From: Eledone cirrhosa
Lineage: Eukaryota
DNA: 64,000 bases
NCBI GenBank assembly: GCA_964016885.1
Contig: OZ024740.1
Coordinates: forward strand, 434,682,001 to 434,746,000
Direction of reading: 5' to 3'
Positions 42,745-54,270 of the stretch are shown here, one piece after another. The notes below the pieces were generated by a model. The model was not told where the DNA came from, searched no databases, and saw only the letters and a program-made list of their open reading frames with translations. The translations under genes were made by a program, and so were the position numbers. Within the stretch, counting starts at the first letter, position 1; each line of letters opens with the position of its first letter.

Positions 42745-45700
42745 TCATCATCATCATCATCATCATCGTTTAACGTCCATCTTCCACGCTTGCATGGGTT
42801 TGGACGGGAATTTTCCCACTTGAGGCAAGATTGGATATCTTGCTCGTATAGGACTGTCTGGCGGGTTTTCTATGGCTGGATGCCCTTCCTAACACTAACC
42901 ACGTTTACAGTATGGACTGGGAGGTTTTTACCGTGTTACCTACACGGCCACATTACAGAGTGGACTGTGTGTTCTTTTTGTCGTGACACCTACACGACCT
43001 CATTTGTTTAGGACTGGATGTTGTGGTACCAACATAACTTCACATTTAAGGGGGTGGTATGAATGGGGTGGGGTAGTGTGATGGGGGTGCATTTTTGTTA
43101 GAGGTGCCTACTGACTGTAGGTTTCGCTTTGTACTTAAGGAAGGCGGGTCTTCTGTATAACTGTGTAGCGCCAAAGATCTCGGCCCAGTGACATTGTCTT
43201 GAAGAGGTGTAAGTATGTGAGGTCGGAATTTATCAGGTCATCCCAGGTTTTTCTGGGTCTGCCTACTCCGTGGCTACCGTCTATTTTTATCGCCCTGCAC
43301 TTTTTTATACAGCTGTCGTCTTTCATGCGCATCACGTGACCGTACCAACGTAGTCTTCTCTCGAGTAAACAACATCTGATCCCTCTTATTCCTAATTTCT
43401 CCCTTAGTTCGTTTATGCTTTGCCGTTCATGTATATTACTATTACACATCCAGCGGAGCATGCAAGCTTCGTTCCTCTCTAGTCTGCGTATATCCTCTGC
43501 ACACAATGCCCAAGTCCCACTGCCATGTAACATTGCTGTTCGTATGTAGGCATCATACAGCTTGCCTTTCATTTTTAGAGAGAACCCTTTAGCGGCCAAT
43601 AGTGGTATAAGCTCTCTGAACTTTTTCCATCCCGTTCTGACTCTAGCTACTATTCTTTCAGAGCACCCTCCCCCGCTGCTGATTTTGTCACCCAGGTAAC
43701 GGAAGGTGTCCACTATTTCTATAGAACCCTCTGCACAGTTGAAGGAGCTAGTATTTTGTGGGCACTTGCTGCTACTTATTGCACCAGAGCACCGGCCACA
43801 TGTAAAATCTATGTTCTTAGTTAGCTTACCTGTGATCCCACTACATCTTTTATGCACCCATACTTTGCATTTGGGACATAAAATGGAGTTTCTACCTACG
43901 CCTTTCCTACACACTGAGCATGGCCATTTCCCAGATGGGACTGCCGCCTTATTTTCTTTCCTACAAACTAGAACTTTAGTCTTAGCCAGGTTAATTTTAA
44001 GGCCTTTTGATTCTAGGCCGTGCTTCCATGTTTGGAATTTCTTCTCTAGTTCGGTCATTGATTCAGCTATGAGCGTTAGATCATCTGCGTATAGGAGTTC
44101 CCATGGGCAGCCGGTCTTGAACTCCTCTGTTATAGCCTGAAGGGCAATAATAAATAGTAGGGGGCTAAAAACGGAGCCCTGGTGAACACCAACTTTTACG
44201 CTAAACTCTTCACTATATTCGTTGTTAATTCTAACCTTGCTAACTGTTTCTTTATACATGGCTTGTATAGCTCTCACAAGCCATTCATCAACACCTAGTT
44301 TTCTAAGAGCCCACCAGATAATGGAGCGGGGTACTCTGTCAAAGGCTTTCTCCAAGTCAACAAAAGCTAAGTATAGGGGTTTACTTTTAGCTAGGTACTT
44401 CTCCTGTAGTTGTCGTACAATGAAAAGAGCGTCTGTGGTACTTTTACCTGACACAAACCCGAACTGCATTTCATCTAGATCAATTCGTTCTCTGATTAGT
44501 TGCGCTATTACTTTTTCTGTGACCTTCATGACATGGTCGATTAATTTAATGCCTCTATATTTAGCCCTATCTAGGGCATCTCCTTTACCCTTGTAGCAGT
44601 TAATGATGATGCTGCTACGCCAGTCCTTCGGAACGGCTCCATTTTGTATGACTTGGTTTACTATGCTTTCAGCATTTCAGCAACTATTTCCGAAGGTCCA
44701 GCCGCCTTACCCGTCTTCATATCTTTGATTGCCTTACTTATTATACTACCTTCAACTAGCACTGCTGGTCCCTCTATTGGATCGATGTGGGGGAGACTGT
44801 CTTTCTCCCATTTATTCTCCTCATTTAGTAGCCTTTCGTAGTGACACTTCCAAGCTACCTTCTTATCAGCGTCAGTGATGGCAAGTACACCATCATCATT
44901 AAGGACACACTTCTTCCCGACAATATCACGGTTTTCCTTGACACATTGCCTAGCAATCCTGAACACCTCACGTTTTTGGTCCTCGCGTTGTAGAACATGC
45001 TTGAACTTTCTTTCCTCTGCTTCCCTTCTTGCGAAGTACACTTGTCTCCTAGCTTCCCTCCTGGCCACTTGATAGTCTTCTCTACTTCCCCCCATCCCGC
45101 CATACTTTCCAAGCGTGCTTTTTGGCCTTAATTGACTCCTTACTGTTCCACCACCACGTTACTCTCCTCCTGCCTATAGGCCTGCTCCAACCACAGACTT
45201 CATCTGCCGCCTTCAGCAGGTTAGCTTTCAGGAATTCCCACTGTTCCTCTATATTGTACGACTCTAATTGCTCTTCCTTACTGTCGAAAGCATCAAGTAA
45301 TATGCTTTTAAATTTATTACTGGCTGTGGAGTCCTTTAACTTCCATATTTTTCTCCTGAGGATAGTCCTCCTCTGTTGTCGAGTACGTCTTGTCCTGACT
45401 ATGAGGTCGCTGACTATGAGTCTATGTTGGGAGGTGCATTCTTCATGGGGGAGGGATTTAGTGTTTAGAACAGATACTCTATCACGTCTTCTGGTAAGGA
45501 TATAATCTATCTGACTGGCGTGTTACCCTGATCTATAGGTGATCAAGTGATTGTCTCGTTTTTTGAAGTTAGTGTTATCTTATCTGCCCATTTTTCTGCT
45601 AACATGATTCCTACCCCACCCAGCCCATTGTCACCCCCCCCCCCACCCCACCCGAAAAGCTTATAGCATCGTTTTTTACACACAATGAATCTAGCAAACC

Positions 45701-46137
45701 CACCCCTCCACCTGGTCTGTTGGATACAGCAAACATCAACCTCCTTACGTTCAAGCATTTCTACAACCTCGTTAGAGCGACCTTTTAAGGTGCCTACATT
45801 CATGGTACCAACTCTGAAGTTTTGGATTTCGTTTGGTGGGTGGGAACGGTGGGGCGCGGGGAGGGCTGAGGGGGATGGGGTTGGGGTTATGTGGGCCATT
45901 CACGGCCGAAACAAAGAGGGGGAGTCCTTGCCTTTTCGTCCGGCAGCATGAGGTGAATTTGTCTTTATCTTTGGCATTGTCACTGGGTGTCCAGATTTTT
46001 TCAGATTCTCCAGAATTCCATAGTCCATCCATCATATCGAAAAGCAACCAGAAGTGATAGCATAGGCCGCTGACTTATGATTGGTCCTAATAATAATGGT
46101 GGCGGGTTGGAGGGGTATGGGGTAGTTAGCAAGAGGG
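42742..46137 (-). mobile_element. RTE-clade non-LTR retrotransposon, near full length but inactive (AP endonuclease, RT, PHD-like finger, 3'UTR, (GAT)n tail)
   Basis: Endonuclease N-terminus FRVGTMNVGTLKGRSNEVVEMLERKEVDVCCIQQTRWRG; C-terminal motif SQIDYIL. RT motifs QFGF, FVDLEKAFDRV, GVHQGS..SPLLF, YADD, FRYLG. RTE C-terminus RRLRWYGHVMR..GRPRKTW. Tail GGACGTTAAACGATGATGAT. Disrupted by frameshifts, a stop and internal deletions. Confidence 0.95.
43135..44529 (-). pseudogene. Longest intact segment of RTE ORF: reverse transcriptase, C4HC3 finger, C-terminal domain
   Basis: 464-aa ORF with YADD at aa 147-150. The reading frame is broken upstream at ~44660. Confidence 0.9.
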
Positions 46138-46599
46138 TATATATATATATATACTATCCAGGAAGCTCCAACCGTTAAGGTTGTCTTTTTTTCCGGGTAT
46201 GTCAATATTTATTTATTTATAAAACAAATCTGTATTTTATCTGGTGAAAGCGCACCATAATTTGCCTTGGTTGCCCTTGAAATATGTATAATAAAATAAA
46301 TATGGTTTTATAAATATAGTTTCCATTTATTAATATATTGTATATATATATATATCATCATCAGCAATATATATATATATATTGTTAAACTTTGGGAGGG
46401 TCATGCTATCAATAAAAACACACCACCTGTTGGTTTTCACTTCAATTTATTACAGATTTCTGGTTGGTTGGTTCAATAACCGGATGGTTGTTTATATATT
46501 GTCAAAGCGACCCCCTCGGTGAATGATTTGTTAGTTTTGTATCTCTGCTTTGTTCTGTCCTACACCATCTTGTTTTTGTGTGTTGTATCATAGAAACAG

Positions 46600-46890
46600 A
46601 GATTGGATGAGTTGAAGGAGAAGCTGGGTTTAAGAGGAGTCTGAGGTGGTGTGCTGGAGAGAAGACTGCGTTGGTATGGATATGTTAAGCGCATGGACAA
46701 TGATCGTTGGGTGAAGAACTGCCAGGAAATGCCAGTGGAAGGAAGCCACGGTAAACGTAGACCAAGAAAGTCCTGAACAGAGGTTGTGAGAGCTGACCTC
46801 AACTCACTGAGACTCACAGAGGTGATGACAAATGATGACGATGTATGGAGAGATGCCATGCTGAGAAGGACCTGTCCAACACATGCTACC
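46600..46890 (+). mobile_element. RTE LINE C-terminal fragment (second, older copy)
   Basis: LDELKEKLGLRGV*GGVLERRLRWYGYVKRMDNDRWVKNC...GKRRPRKS*...DVWRDAM aligns with the C-terminus of the 43135-44529 ORF. Confidence 0.85.
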
Positions 46891-46934
46891 TATAATTGTG
46901 TTCTTTCAAGCAAAACATCTTTTTATATATATAT

Positions 46935-47316
46935 ACCCTCCTTCCTTCTGTCATGCCTAATTATGAGTTTGATTTGGGAAGTTCCTCTCCTCGGGGAGAG
47001 ATGTTTTATGGAAGACCAGTTATCGTCCTTTGCATGCCAGTCTCTCCTCTCCACACCGTTGATGTTGTCCAAAGGAAAAGTAATGGCCGACCCACAGCTT
47101 GGCACCAATGTCGCCGTAGGTAGACATCCCCACTAAACGAACCTCCTGTCTATTGATTAGTTAAACTTTAGCTGTTGTTGATTTTCCATATGAGTGGACT
47201 GATGCAATGTAAAATGAAGTGTCTTGGTCATGAACATAGCGCTCTACCCAGTCTAGGAATCGAACTCACAACCTTACGATTGTAAGTCCAACACACCAAC
47301 AAATAAGCCGCCCGCT
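46935..47316 (-). mobile_element. tRNA-derived SINE with CORE-like central segment
   Basis: Minus strand has a tRNA-like head with B-box GTTCGATTCC (47256-47265), followed by ...GACCAAGACACTTCA, which resembles the CORE motif (CCTTGGGCAAGTCACTT). The 3' boundary is approximate. Confidence 0.65.
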
Positions 47317-48132
47317 ATCACGCGCGTGGAAACATTGAGAGGACAGAAAACTGTGGTAGTTTTACACGTAATTTAGTGAACCAAGGGGAATAACTTTTCT
47401 GGTACATTTATATTTGTGTGTTAAAGTATTCATTACAAGGTGCGTATTTATTTACACACCTGCTTGGATACTCATTCGTACAGGACTTAAAGAATTTTTA
47501 TTCAACAAGCGTACAGAATGAAAATCTAGACATAAGTAATATAAATAATACTTAATGAATAATTCTTTCAGAATGAAAATATAGACACATATAATAAATT
47601 TGTTATCAAGCTAAGTACAAGAATATTTTATTATTTACAGTTGTATAAATAACATTACAAATTGTTTATAATTCTTATAGAATAAATATATAAACACATA
47701 ATAAATACAATTAACTATTGATAGGAACCTTACAAATATAACACACTAAAATATATGAAGATCGAGAGGGGGGGGGGCTCAATTCACTAGCAAGGTGACA
47801 ATCGGGCAGACATCAGAAATGTCAACAGAAATATTTACTAACATTGAATTACATATCGATCTTCTCCTTCCCTATAAATAAATAAAAAACCACTTCTCAA
47901 ACATATATCCTTTGTCTTATAAAACGTTTTGTAACAGGTTTTGATGGATGAGTCCTGGTGGCAAATAAGTGAACAGATTAAATACTTCATTTAACAAGAT
48001 ACATGGTGAATATTAGTTTTTTGTAATAAAAAATATATATAATAATATAATGCTTACAGAACAAAAACAAATATAATATATACAAAGGAAAGGGAAAGGA
48101 AAAAAAAAGAGAGGAACAAAAAAGAGAATAAA

Positions 48133-49224
48133 ACAACATATAAGCAGGTAATACATACGTCTAGGACCACATACAACACACCAGCAGGTAATACACACAT
48201 CTAGGACCACATACAACACACAAGCAGGTAATACATACATCTAGGACCACATATAACACACAAGCAGGTAATACACACATCTAGGACCACATACAACACA
48301 CAAGCAAGTCATACATCTAGGACCACATACAACACACAAGCAGGTAATACACACATCTAGGACCACATACAACACACAAGCAGGTAATACATCTAGGACC
48401 ACATACAACACACAAGCAGGTAATACACACATCTAGGACCACATACAACACACAAGCAGGTAATACATCTAGGACCACATATAACACACAAGCAGGTAAT
48501 ACACACATCTAGGACCACATACAACACACAAGCAGGTAATACATCTAGGACCACATATAACACACAAGCAGGTAATACACACATCTAGGACCACATACAA
48601 CACACAAGCAAGTCATACATCTAGGACCACATACAACACAAGCAGGTAATACATACATCTAGGACCAGATACAACACACAAGCAGGTCATACACACATCT
48701 AGGGCCACATACAACACACAAGCGGGTAATACATACATCTGGGACCACATACAACACACAAGCAGGTAATACACACATCTGGGACCACATACAACACCCA
48801 AGCAAGTAATACATACATCTAAGACCACATACAACACACAAGCGGGTAATACATACATCTAGGACCACATACAACACACAAGCAGGTAATACACACATCT
48901 AGGACCAGATACAACACACAAGCAGGTAATACACACATCTGGGACCACATACAACACACAAGCAGGTAATACATCTAGGACCACATACAACACACAAGCA
49001 GGTAATACATCTAGGACCACATACAACACACAAGCAGGTAATACACACATCTGGGACCGCATACAACACACAAGCAGGTAATACATCTAAGACCATATAC
49101 AATACACAAGTAGGTAATACACACATCTAGGGCCACATACAACACACAAGCAGGTAATACATACATCTAGGGCCACATACAATACATAAGCAGGTAATAC
49201 ATACATCTAGGACCACATACAACA
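48133..49224. repeat. 36/40-bp minisatellite, ~28 copies
   Basis: Unit CTAGGACCACATACAACACACAAGCAGGTAATAC(ACAC)AT. Confidence 0.96.
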
Positions 49225-49560
49225 AAAGGCAGACGAAAAGGGTGAACAACCGAGCCACTGCCAGGGTAAAAGATAATAGTAACACGAGGAGCACTGGGAA
49301 ACCTCTCTAATGATTTTTGAGGCAAGCCAGCACACTCGCAGCGTTACCTCGGGTGATGGCGAGGTTGAGGTGTTGGAACAACCAAGCACCCTCACGAGCA
49401 TCACCAGTTACCTTATTAGGCGAACCGTCAGTGAAGATAAGAACCTCGCAGTCACTAACCGAACTCACTCAAACGTCTTGAACGCCATAGACTGGAAAAT
49501 GTAGTTAGCCGACAGATTTTAGGATTTTGTTCAGTTCGGTTGCGGATGTTGTAACTCTCG
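49225..49560 (-). mobile_element. CRE-like (restriction-like endonuclease) non-LTR element, 3' fragment
   Basis: Minus strand reads ..ATELNKILK / NLSANYIFQSMAFKTF.. and ends in sequence closely similar to 50355-50592 (QHLxLAITRGNxASVLACL). Confidence 0.7.
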
Positions 49561-49699
49561 CCCTTATTTGTGGAAAAAAATCGTAAAATAGAATAAGTTC
49601 GTGATCCGAGACTGGCGAGGAAAATTCTGTTGTTTTGAGCTATCTCCTTCTTAGGTAATCTCTTTAGTTTTATGAACGCCGCAAATTATTAAGTATAGT

Positions 49700-50045
49700 C
49701 AAATCTCAGACCCACACATGTGCCGTCTTTACTCCCTGTCTCTTCTACTGTTACTACAACGGTCTCTGTTCCCTTGGAGATTGCTAGTCTCATACCACCT
49801 CCACCCAGACAACCTCAAGTCTCTGACCCACAGACGTGCCGCATCTGCTCCCCCGGGGCCTGTTAGTCTCATGTCACCTCCACCCAGATACTTCCTTACT
49901 CACTTGACGCTCCTCATCTCATCATCCATGCTGTGTCACCCTCACCACCCCAGGCCATGCACTAACCACTACGCCCAGTTCTTCCTGATCAGAATGTCGG
50001 TCTTTCTGGAATCTCCTGTTCACCTATTTCCTCAAACCTACAAGA
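49700..50045 (+). mobile_element. CR1/L2-group LINE 3' fragment
   Basis: Frameshifted LFYCYYNGLCS/EIASLIPPP ... PRPCTNHYAQFFLIRMS..PVHLFPQTY resembles the LFYRYY.G.CS.E...P ... SF..R...WN.LP...FP..Y terminus. Confidence 0.65.
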
Positions 50046-50154
50046 CAGAACACTGTCATCGATTTCTCTGCTAACACACACCTATCGAGTATAACCTACA
50101 TGACAGAACACTATGTCATCGATTTCTCTGCTAACACACACCTATCGAGTATAA
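50044..50154. repeat. Tandem duplication of ~58 bp
   Basis: GACAGAACACT(AT)GTCATCGATTTCTCTGCTAACACACACCTATCGAGTATAA occurs twice. Confidence 0.9.
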
Positions 50155-50354
50155 ATATCTAAAAAGCCAAAGAAAATATTAAAACATAATACAAAGCATA
50201 TAAATAAATTTACAGTAGAATAACATAACAAATATGTTTTAAATATATACATAAATAACATTACAAATGCTTAGATAACATTTTAAATTGCTCGCGATTC
50301 TTTCAGAAAGATATATTCTTTTAATGTTGCAATATCAAAGAAAATGTAAAGGAA

Positions 50355-50600
50355 GGGGTGAACAACGGAGCCAACACCAGAGAAAAAGACAGCAGCAAGG
50401 AGTACTGGGTAACCTCTCTAATGAGTTTTGAGGCAAGCCAGCACACTAGCAGTGTTACCTCTGGTGATGGCGAGGCTTAGGTGCTGGAACAACCAAGCAC
50501 CCTCGCGAGATTCGCCAGTTACCTCTATTAGGCGAGCCGCCAGTGAAGAGAGAACCTCGCAGTCAGGGGCCAGACTCCCCCAAACGTCTCGAAAGTTGAA
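50355..50600 (-). mobile_element. CRE-like non-LTR element, 3' fragment
   Basis: ORF end LSSLAARLIEVTGESREGAWLFQHLSLAITRGNTASVLACLKTH* matches the QR.S.A..RGNA.S.L terminus of CRE-type RLE elements. Confidence 0.75.
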
Positions 50601-50607
50601 AAAAGCA

Positions 50608-50710
50608 TAATTGTTTCTATTTTTGGTGCAAGGCCAACAATTTAAGGGGGGGGGGGGTCGATTAAATCGGCCCCAGTGCATTACTAGTACTTTATTTTAT
50701 CGACCCCGTA
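50608..50710 (-). mobile_element. SINE 3' fragment
   Basis: Reverse complement matches 51055-51127 (GGGTCGATAAAATAAAGTAC...GGCCTTG..CCAAAA.TAGAAACAATTA). Confidence 0.8.
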
Positions 50711-51007
50711 GAATCATAATTTAGTATTTTTTTTTTTTTAGTATACCATCAGCCATGGTAATATTGCAAGTGTGTTGGCTTGCCTCAAAATATTCCGCTG
50801 ACCTTTGTGTTGTGTTGTGTGACCGATTGTCGCATTTGGTGGTCTATTGAGAGCTTTTCTCTTTTTTTTTGTGTATACTTTTTTTCCAGAACATCAATAA
50901 TATAAAGTACTTTATTTAACACACACACACACATATATATATCTATTATTTTTTTACACCATTTTCGTATTGTTTTTGCCCCCCCCCCCTCTTTTGTCAA
51001 CAACATT

Positions 51008-51127
51008 CTGAGTTCAAATCCCGTCGAGGTTAACGTTGCCTCCTTTCATCTTTACAGGGTCGATAAAATAAAGTACCAGTAATGTACTGGGTATTGCTGG
51101 CCTTGTGCCAAAAGTAGAAACAATTAT
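51008..51127 (+). mobile_element. SINE fragment with B-box-like GAGTTCAAATCCC
   Basis: Multi-copy in this window and has a Pol III B-box-like motif. Confidence 0.8.
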
Positions 51128-51893
51128 ATTTGTAATGTTCTTTTGAACAAATTGCGAGCAGTTTATGTTATTTATGTATATATTTAAAACATATTTGCAA
51201 TGTTATTCTACAGTAAATTTATACAATTGTAATACAAATATATATATTCAGTTATATATCTCGTAACCTTTTCAAATAAAATAATGGATAAATGTTGAAA
51301 AATATCAGAACATATTAAAATATGTTCACATTTTGACAAGTGAGCATATTTCAGTCTAACGACATAATATGTTTGTTATTGATATTGCAGGTGTAACTAA
51401 TTCAGTTTGTTTATATTTTCAAAATATATGTTGCTTTAAAAACTAGGAATGTAACTGGTATACAACGGTCATTTTCATTGTATTTGATATTTAGTTATAT
51501 AAAAATACATTGATTGTTATTAAGTTTTCGGAATATTAAATGATCAAATATTTGAGTATTTTATTTTAGTAAATTCTTATTTATATTATAGATAATGATT
51601 TTATTTTACAGGAAATATTTTATTTTATAGTAAATGACCGATAAGTTTGTTTTTTTAAAGTCCGTACAATGCAGTAGAAACATGTGTAAATGATGGTAAA
51701 TGAAGCAAAACAAAGTAACGTTTAACCCAGTGTATTTTGACATGATATTTCAGGGCTAAAACCTTATTTTCAGATGCAGGGCTGAAACAATTTTAGATAA
51801 AATAATATAAAATATATATTTAATGAATGTTATTTCGTTGAATTAATGTAAGTCCGTTTAGAACATTCCAAGTTTTTGAAACTATGCCCCATT

Positions 51894-51939
51894 CTGATTG
51901 GTTAATGTGGCGCTAATTTGAAAATTGTGTTTCAACGGC
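51894..51939 (+). promoter_or_regulatory. Putative ASPM G2/M promoter module: inverted CCAAT box, CDE-like GGCGC, CHR TTTGAA, MYB-like CAACGG
   Basis: CTGATTGGTT 51894-51903, GGCGC 51909-51913, TTTGAA 51917-51922 and CAACGG 51933-51938, all ~200 bp upstream of the ATG. Confidence 0.6.
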
Positions 51940-52133
51940 AAAACATAATAAATTGAGCAAAGCCGTGCGTGTTGTAGATTATGGCCAGGAAGATACCGTT
52001 TATATTCGATATAATTACACTAAATTAATACCACTACGTGACAAATTTATTTGTATTGTTACTGAATATTGACTGTTAGAAAAGGCAAAAATCAACAACA
52101 TCTCGAGTTAGCAAATTATAATATTTGTGTAAA

Positions 52134-52568
52134 ATGATGGATTCTAATGTTTGCAGCAGTCCTCGTCGGAGAAAATCTCGAAAGTCTTGGACTGACAGTT
52201 CTCCAGTATCAAATGCAGACATTGCTAGAGAGGAAACTTTATTATTGACACATTTCACGAAAAAACCAACAATTTGCTTCGGTAAAGTTAAAGTTGGTAA
52301 AACAATAAATCGAAAGTTATTGGTAACAAACCCTCACGATTTCGACCAAGCTGTTCACATTGAGAAATTTCCACATAATGAAAATTTTGAAATAGATTTT
52401 AAGGACTTTATAGTTCCAGCTGAATCAACATTGTCTTTAAATATTTCCTGGGCACCAGAACATGAAGGTGGATGTCGACAAATGATTATTTTTATTGTTG
52501 ACGTATCTTATCGACTACAAGCTGTCCTCTATGGAACTGCCACGGTTCCCAGACAGAAAAAGGTTGCC
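52134..52568 (+). CDS. ASPM: ASPM coding exon 1 (ASH domain)
   Basis: LLLTHFTKKPTICFGKVKVG..RKLLVTNP...ISWAPEHEGGCRQMIIF...LQAVLYGTA is the ASPM-SPD2-Hydin domain. ATG at 52134. Donor GCC|GTAAGT, phase 0; an alternative AAG|GT lies at 52563. Confidence 0.9.
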
Positions 52569-53188
52569 GTAAGTTTCTCTATTATTATTTTATAATATAA
52601 TAACAAACATTGTCACTTTATTAATTGTTATTCTTCTAATTAGTATAATTATTGCTTTTAAGACCTTTATTTCCGTTTTAAGTAAAACTTGCATTGATTT
52701 TTATGAATTTAATAGTTAACACTAACTGAACTCAAATATTCGTGTAATTGTGAACAATTTGTAATGTTATACAACTGAATAAAATGTATCTTTCGAGAAA
52801 TAAAATAAAATAAAAGTATTTCTTTGGTTAGCTTTGCCATTGGATTTTATATGGCAACTTCAAGTTGGTTATTTCTATATTTAAAGTGGACACCACCCAT
52901 TATAATTACCATATAAAGAAACAATTATAATTACCATATAATGACCCTTGCTAACGGTTTTCGTCTGCTACAAATTAAATACTTCACCGAAGTATTGTCG
53001 TATAGAGATAAATAATTTTTATTCACAGTTGTTTAAATAACATTACAAATTGTTAATAATTCTTAGAGAATGAAAATATACACACAAATTATATATATAA
53101 TACTTTATTACCAAACATTCCACATTAAAATATAAATTCAAAACAAAAGAAAATATTATGTTTCACATTAAAATAGAATTCGTGGAAC

Positions 53189-53291
53189 AGCCGAGGTTAA
53201 CTTTGCCTTTCATCCTTACGGGGTCGATAAAATAAAGTACCAGTAATGCACTGGTAATTGCTGGCCTTGTGCCAAATGTAGAAACAATTAT
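53189..53291 (+). mobile_element. SINE fragment in ASPM intron 1
   Basis: Near-identical to 51025-51127. Confidence 0.85.
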
Positions 53292-53892
53292 AAATATAAC
53301 CTAAAAATATACAATAGAAGCGAGAAAACCCTTTAATTCAACAGTGTATCAATTAGTCACCACAAAGGGTACAGGAACTCCCTTTCATAAATAACTCCTT
53401 AAATTCAACTTTTTCTTTCTATTTATAGTATTATTACATAAACTCATACATATGTACATATAGGTGGTTCAGTAGGAATGGTCGTAACTATGTATAATAA
53501 AGACCTTAATATTCCCCCCTCCTCCCCAAGTTCAACACTATCAATTAGTTACCACACCATAAGGGTACAGGAACCTTTCTCTATACTAAATTAAAATATA
53601 TTGTTATAATATAATCCTGCTATTAGATGAAGTTTCGAAATAAACTCTCGGCAGTGAGGAACAAGTTCTGCTAGTGTTGAAAATTAAATTGGTTTATCAT
53701 AACTAAAATCTATATGTACTTTTTTGGATGGTGTGAGGGAAGTGAGGGTATTGGCTTTTGTGTGGATTTTTTTTTTTAAACCTATAAAATCTGGTGGTTT
53801 TATGCCCTTTATTTTGAGAAAACTGCCATTTCGCGCACACAGGTTATATATTTGCATATGTACGTATGTGTGCGTATATATATATATATATA

Positions 53893-53956
53893 TAGGAAAA
53901 GAGTCGGAGTCAGGACCCCGACGGCTGAGCTCAGCCGTCGGGGTTCTCTTTTCCTA
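53893..53956. other. Perfect 30-bp palindrome with 11-bp outer inverted arms
   Basis: ACCCCGACGGCTGAG|CTCAGCCGTCGGGGT at 53915-53944, flanked by TAGGAAAAGAG ... CTCTTTTCCTA. Confidence 0.95.
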
Positions 53957-54010
53957 CTACCCTAAGTATCGAGTCCTCTATGGGCCACCTGGTTCCTTAC
54001 CACACTTTCT

Positions 54011-54046
54011 TCATCATCGTTTAATGTCCATCTTCCACGCTAGCAT
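54011..54046 (-). mobile_element. RTE 3'-terminal stub
   Basis: TCATCATCGTTTAATGTCCATCTTCCACGCTAGCAT matches 42761-42796. Confidence 0.75.
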
Positions 54047-54270
54047 AAAATAAGATTCAGCTCTAAAGTATAGGTAAAAAAAACCTTAATGCAATAATCC
54101 TAATGCGGTTCAGATAACTAATTTTTTTTAAATGCAATCTTTTATAAAAGGCAGAATAAAAACGTAAAGGAATATTAAAACACACACACATGCTAAGTCG
54201 AATAAATATTTTATCGTTTAGAACAATTTGAAATTGGGTCCTCTGTGGAATGCGACCGAGAGACCAGTCA

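Noticed and set aside
43706-45505. Plus-strand ORFs of 124-144 aa
   Set aside because: Antisense shadows of the RTE coding region.
46040-46140. Self-cleaving ribozyme at the RTE 5' end
   Set aside because: I could not identify an HDV-like pseudoknot or a hammerhead core by eye. An Infernal or RNArobo search would be needed.
47230-47316. tRNA gene
   Set aside because: It has a B-box but no intact cloverleaf and continues into SINE body sequence, so it is a SINE head.
48013-49126. Cys/Val-rich ORFs
   Set aside because: Translations of the 36/40-bp minisatellite.
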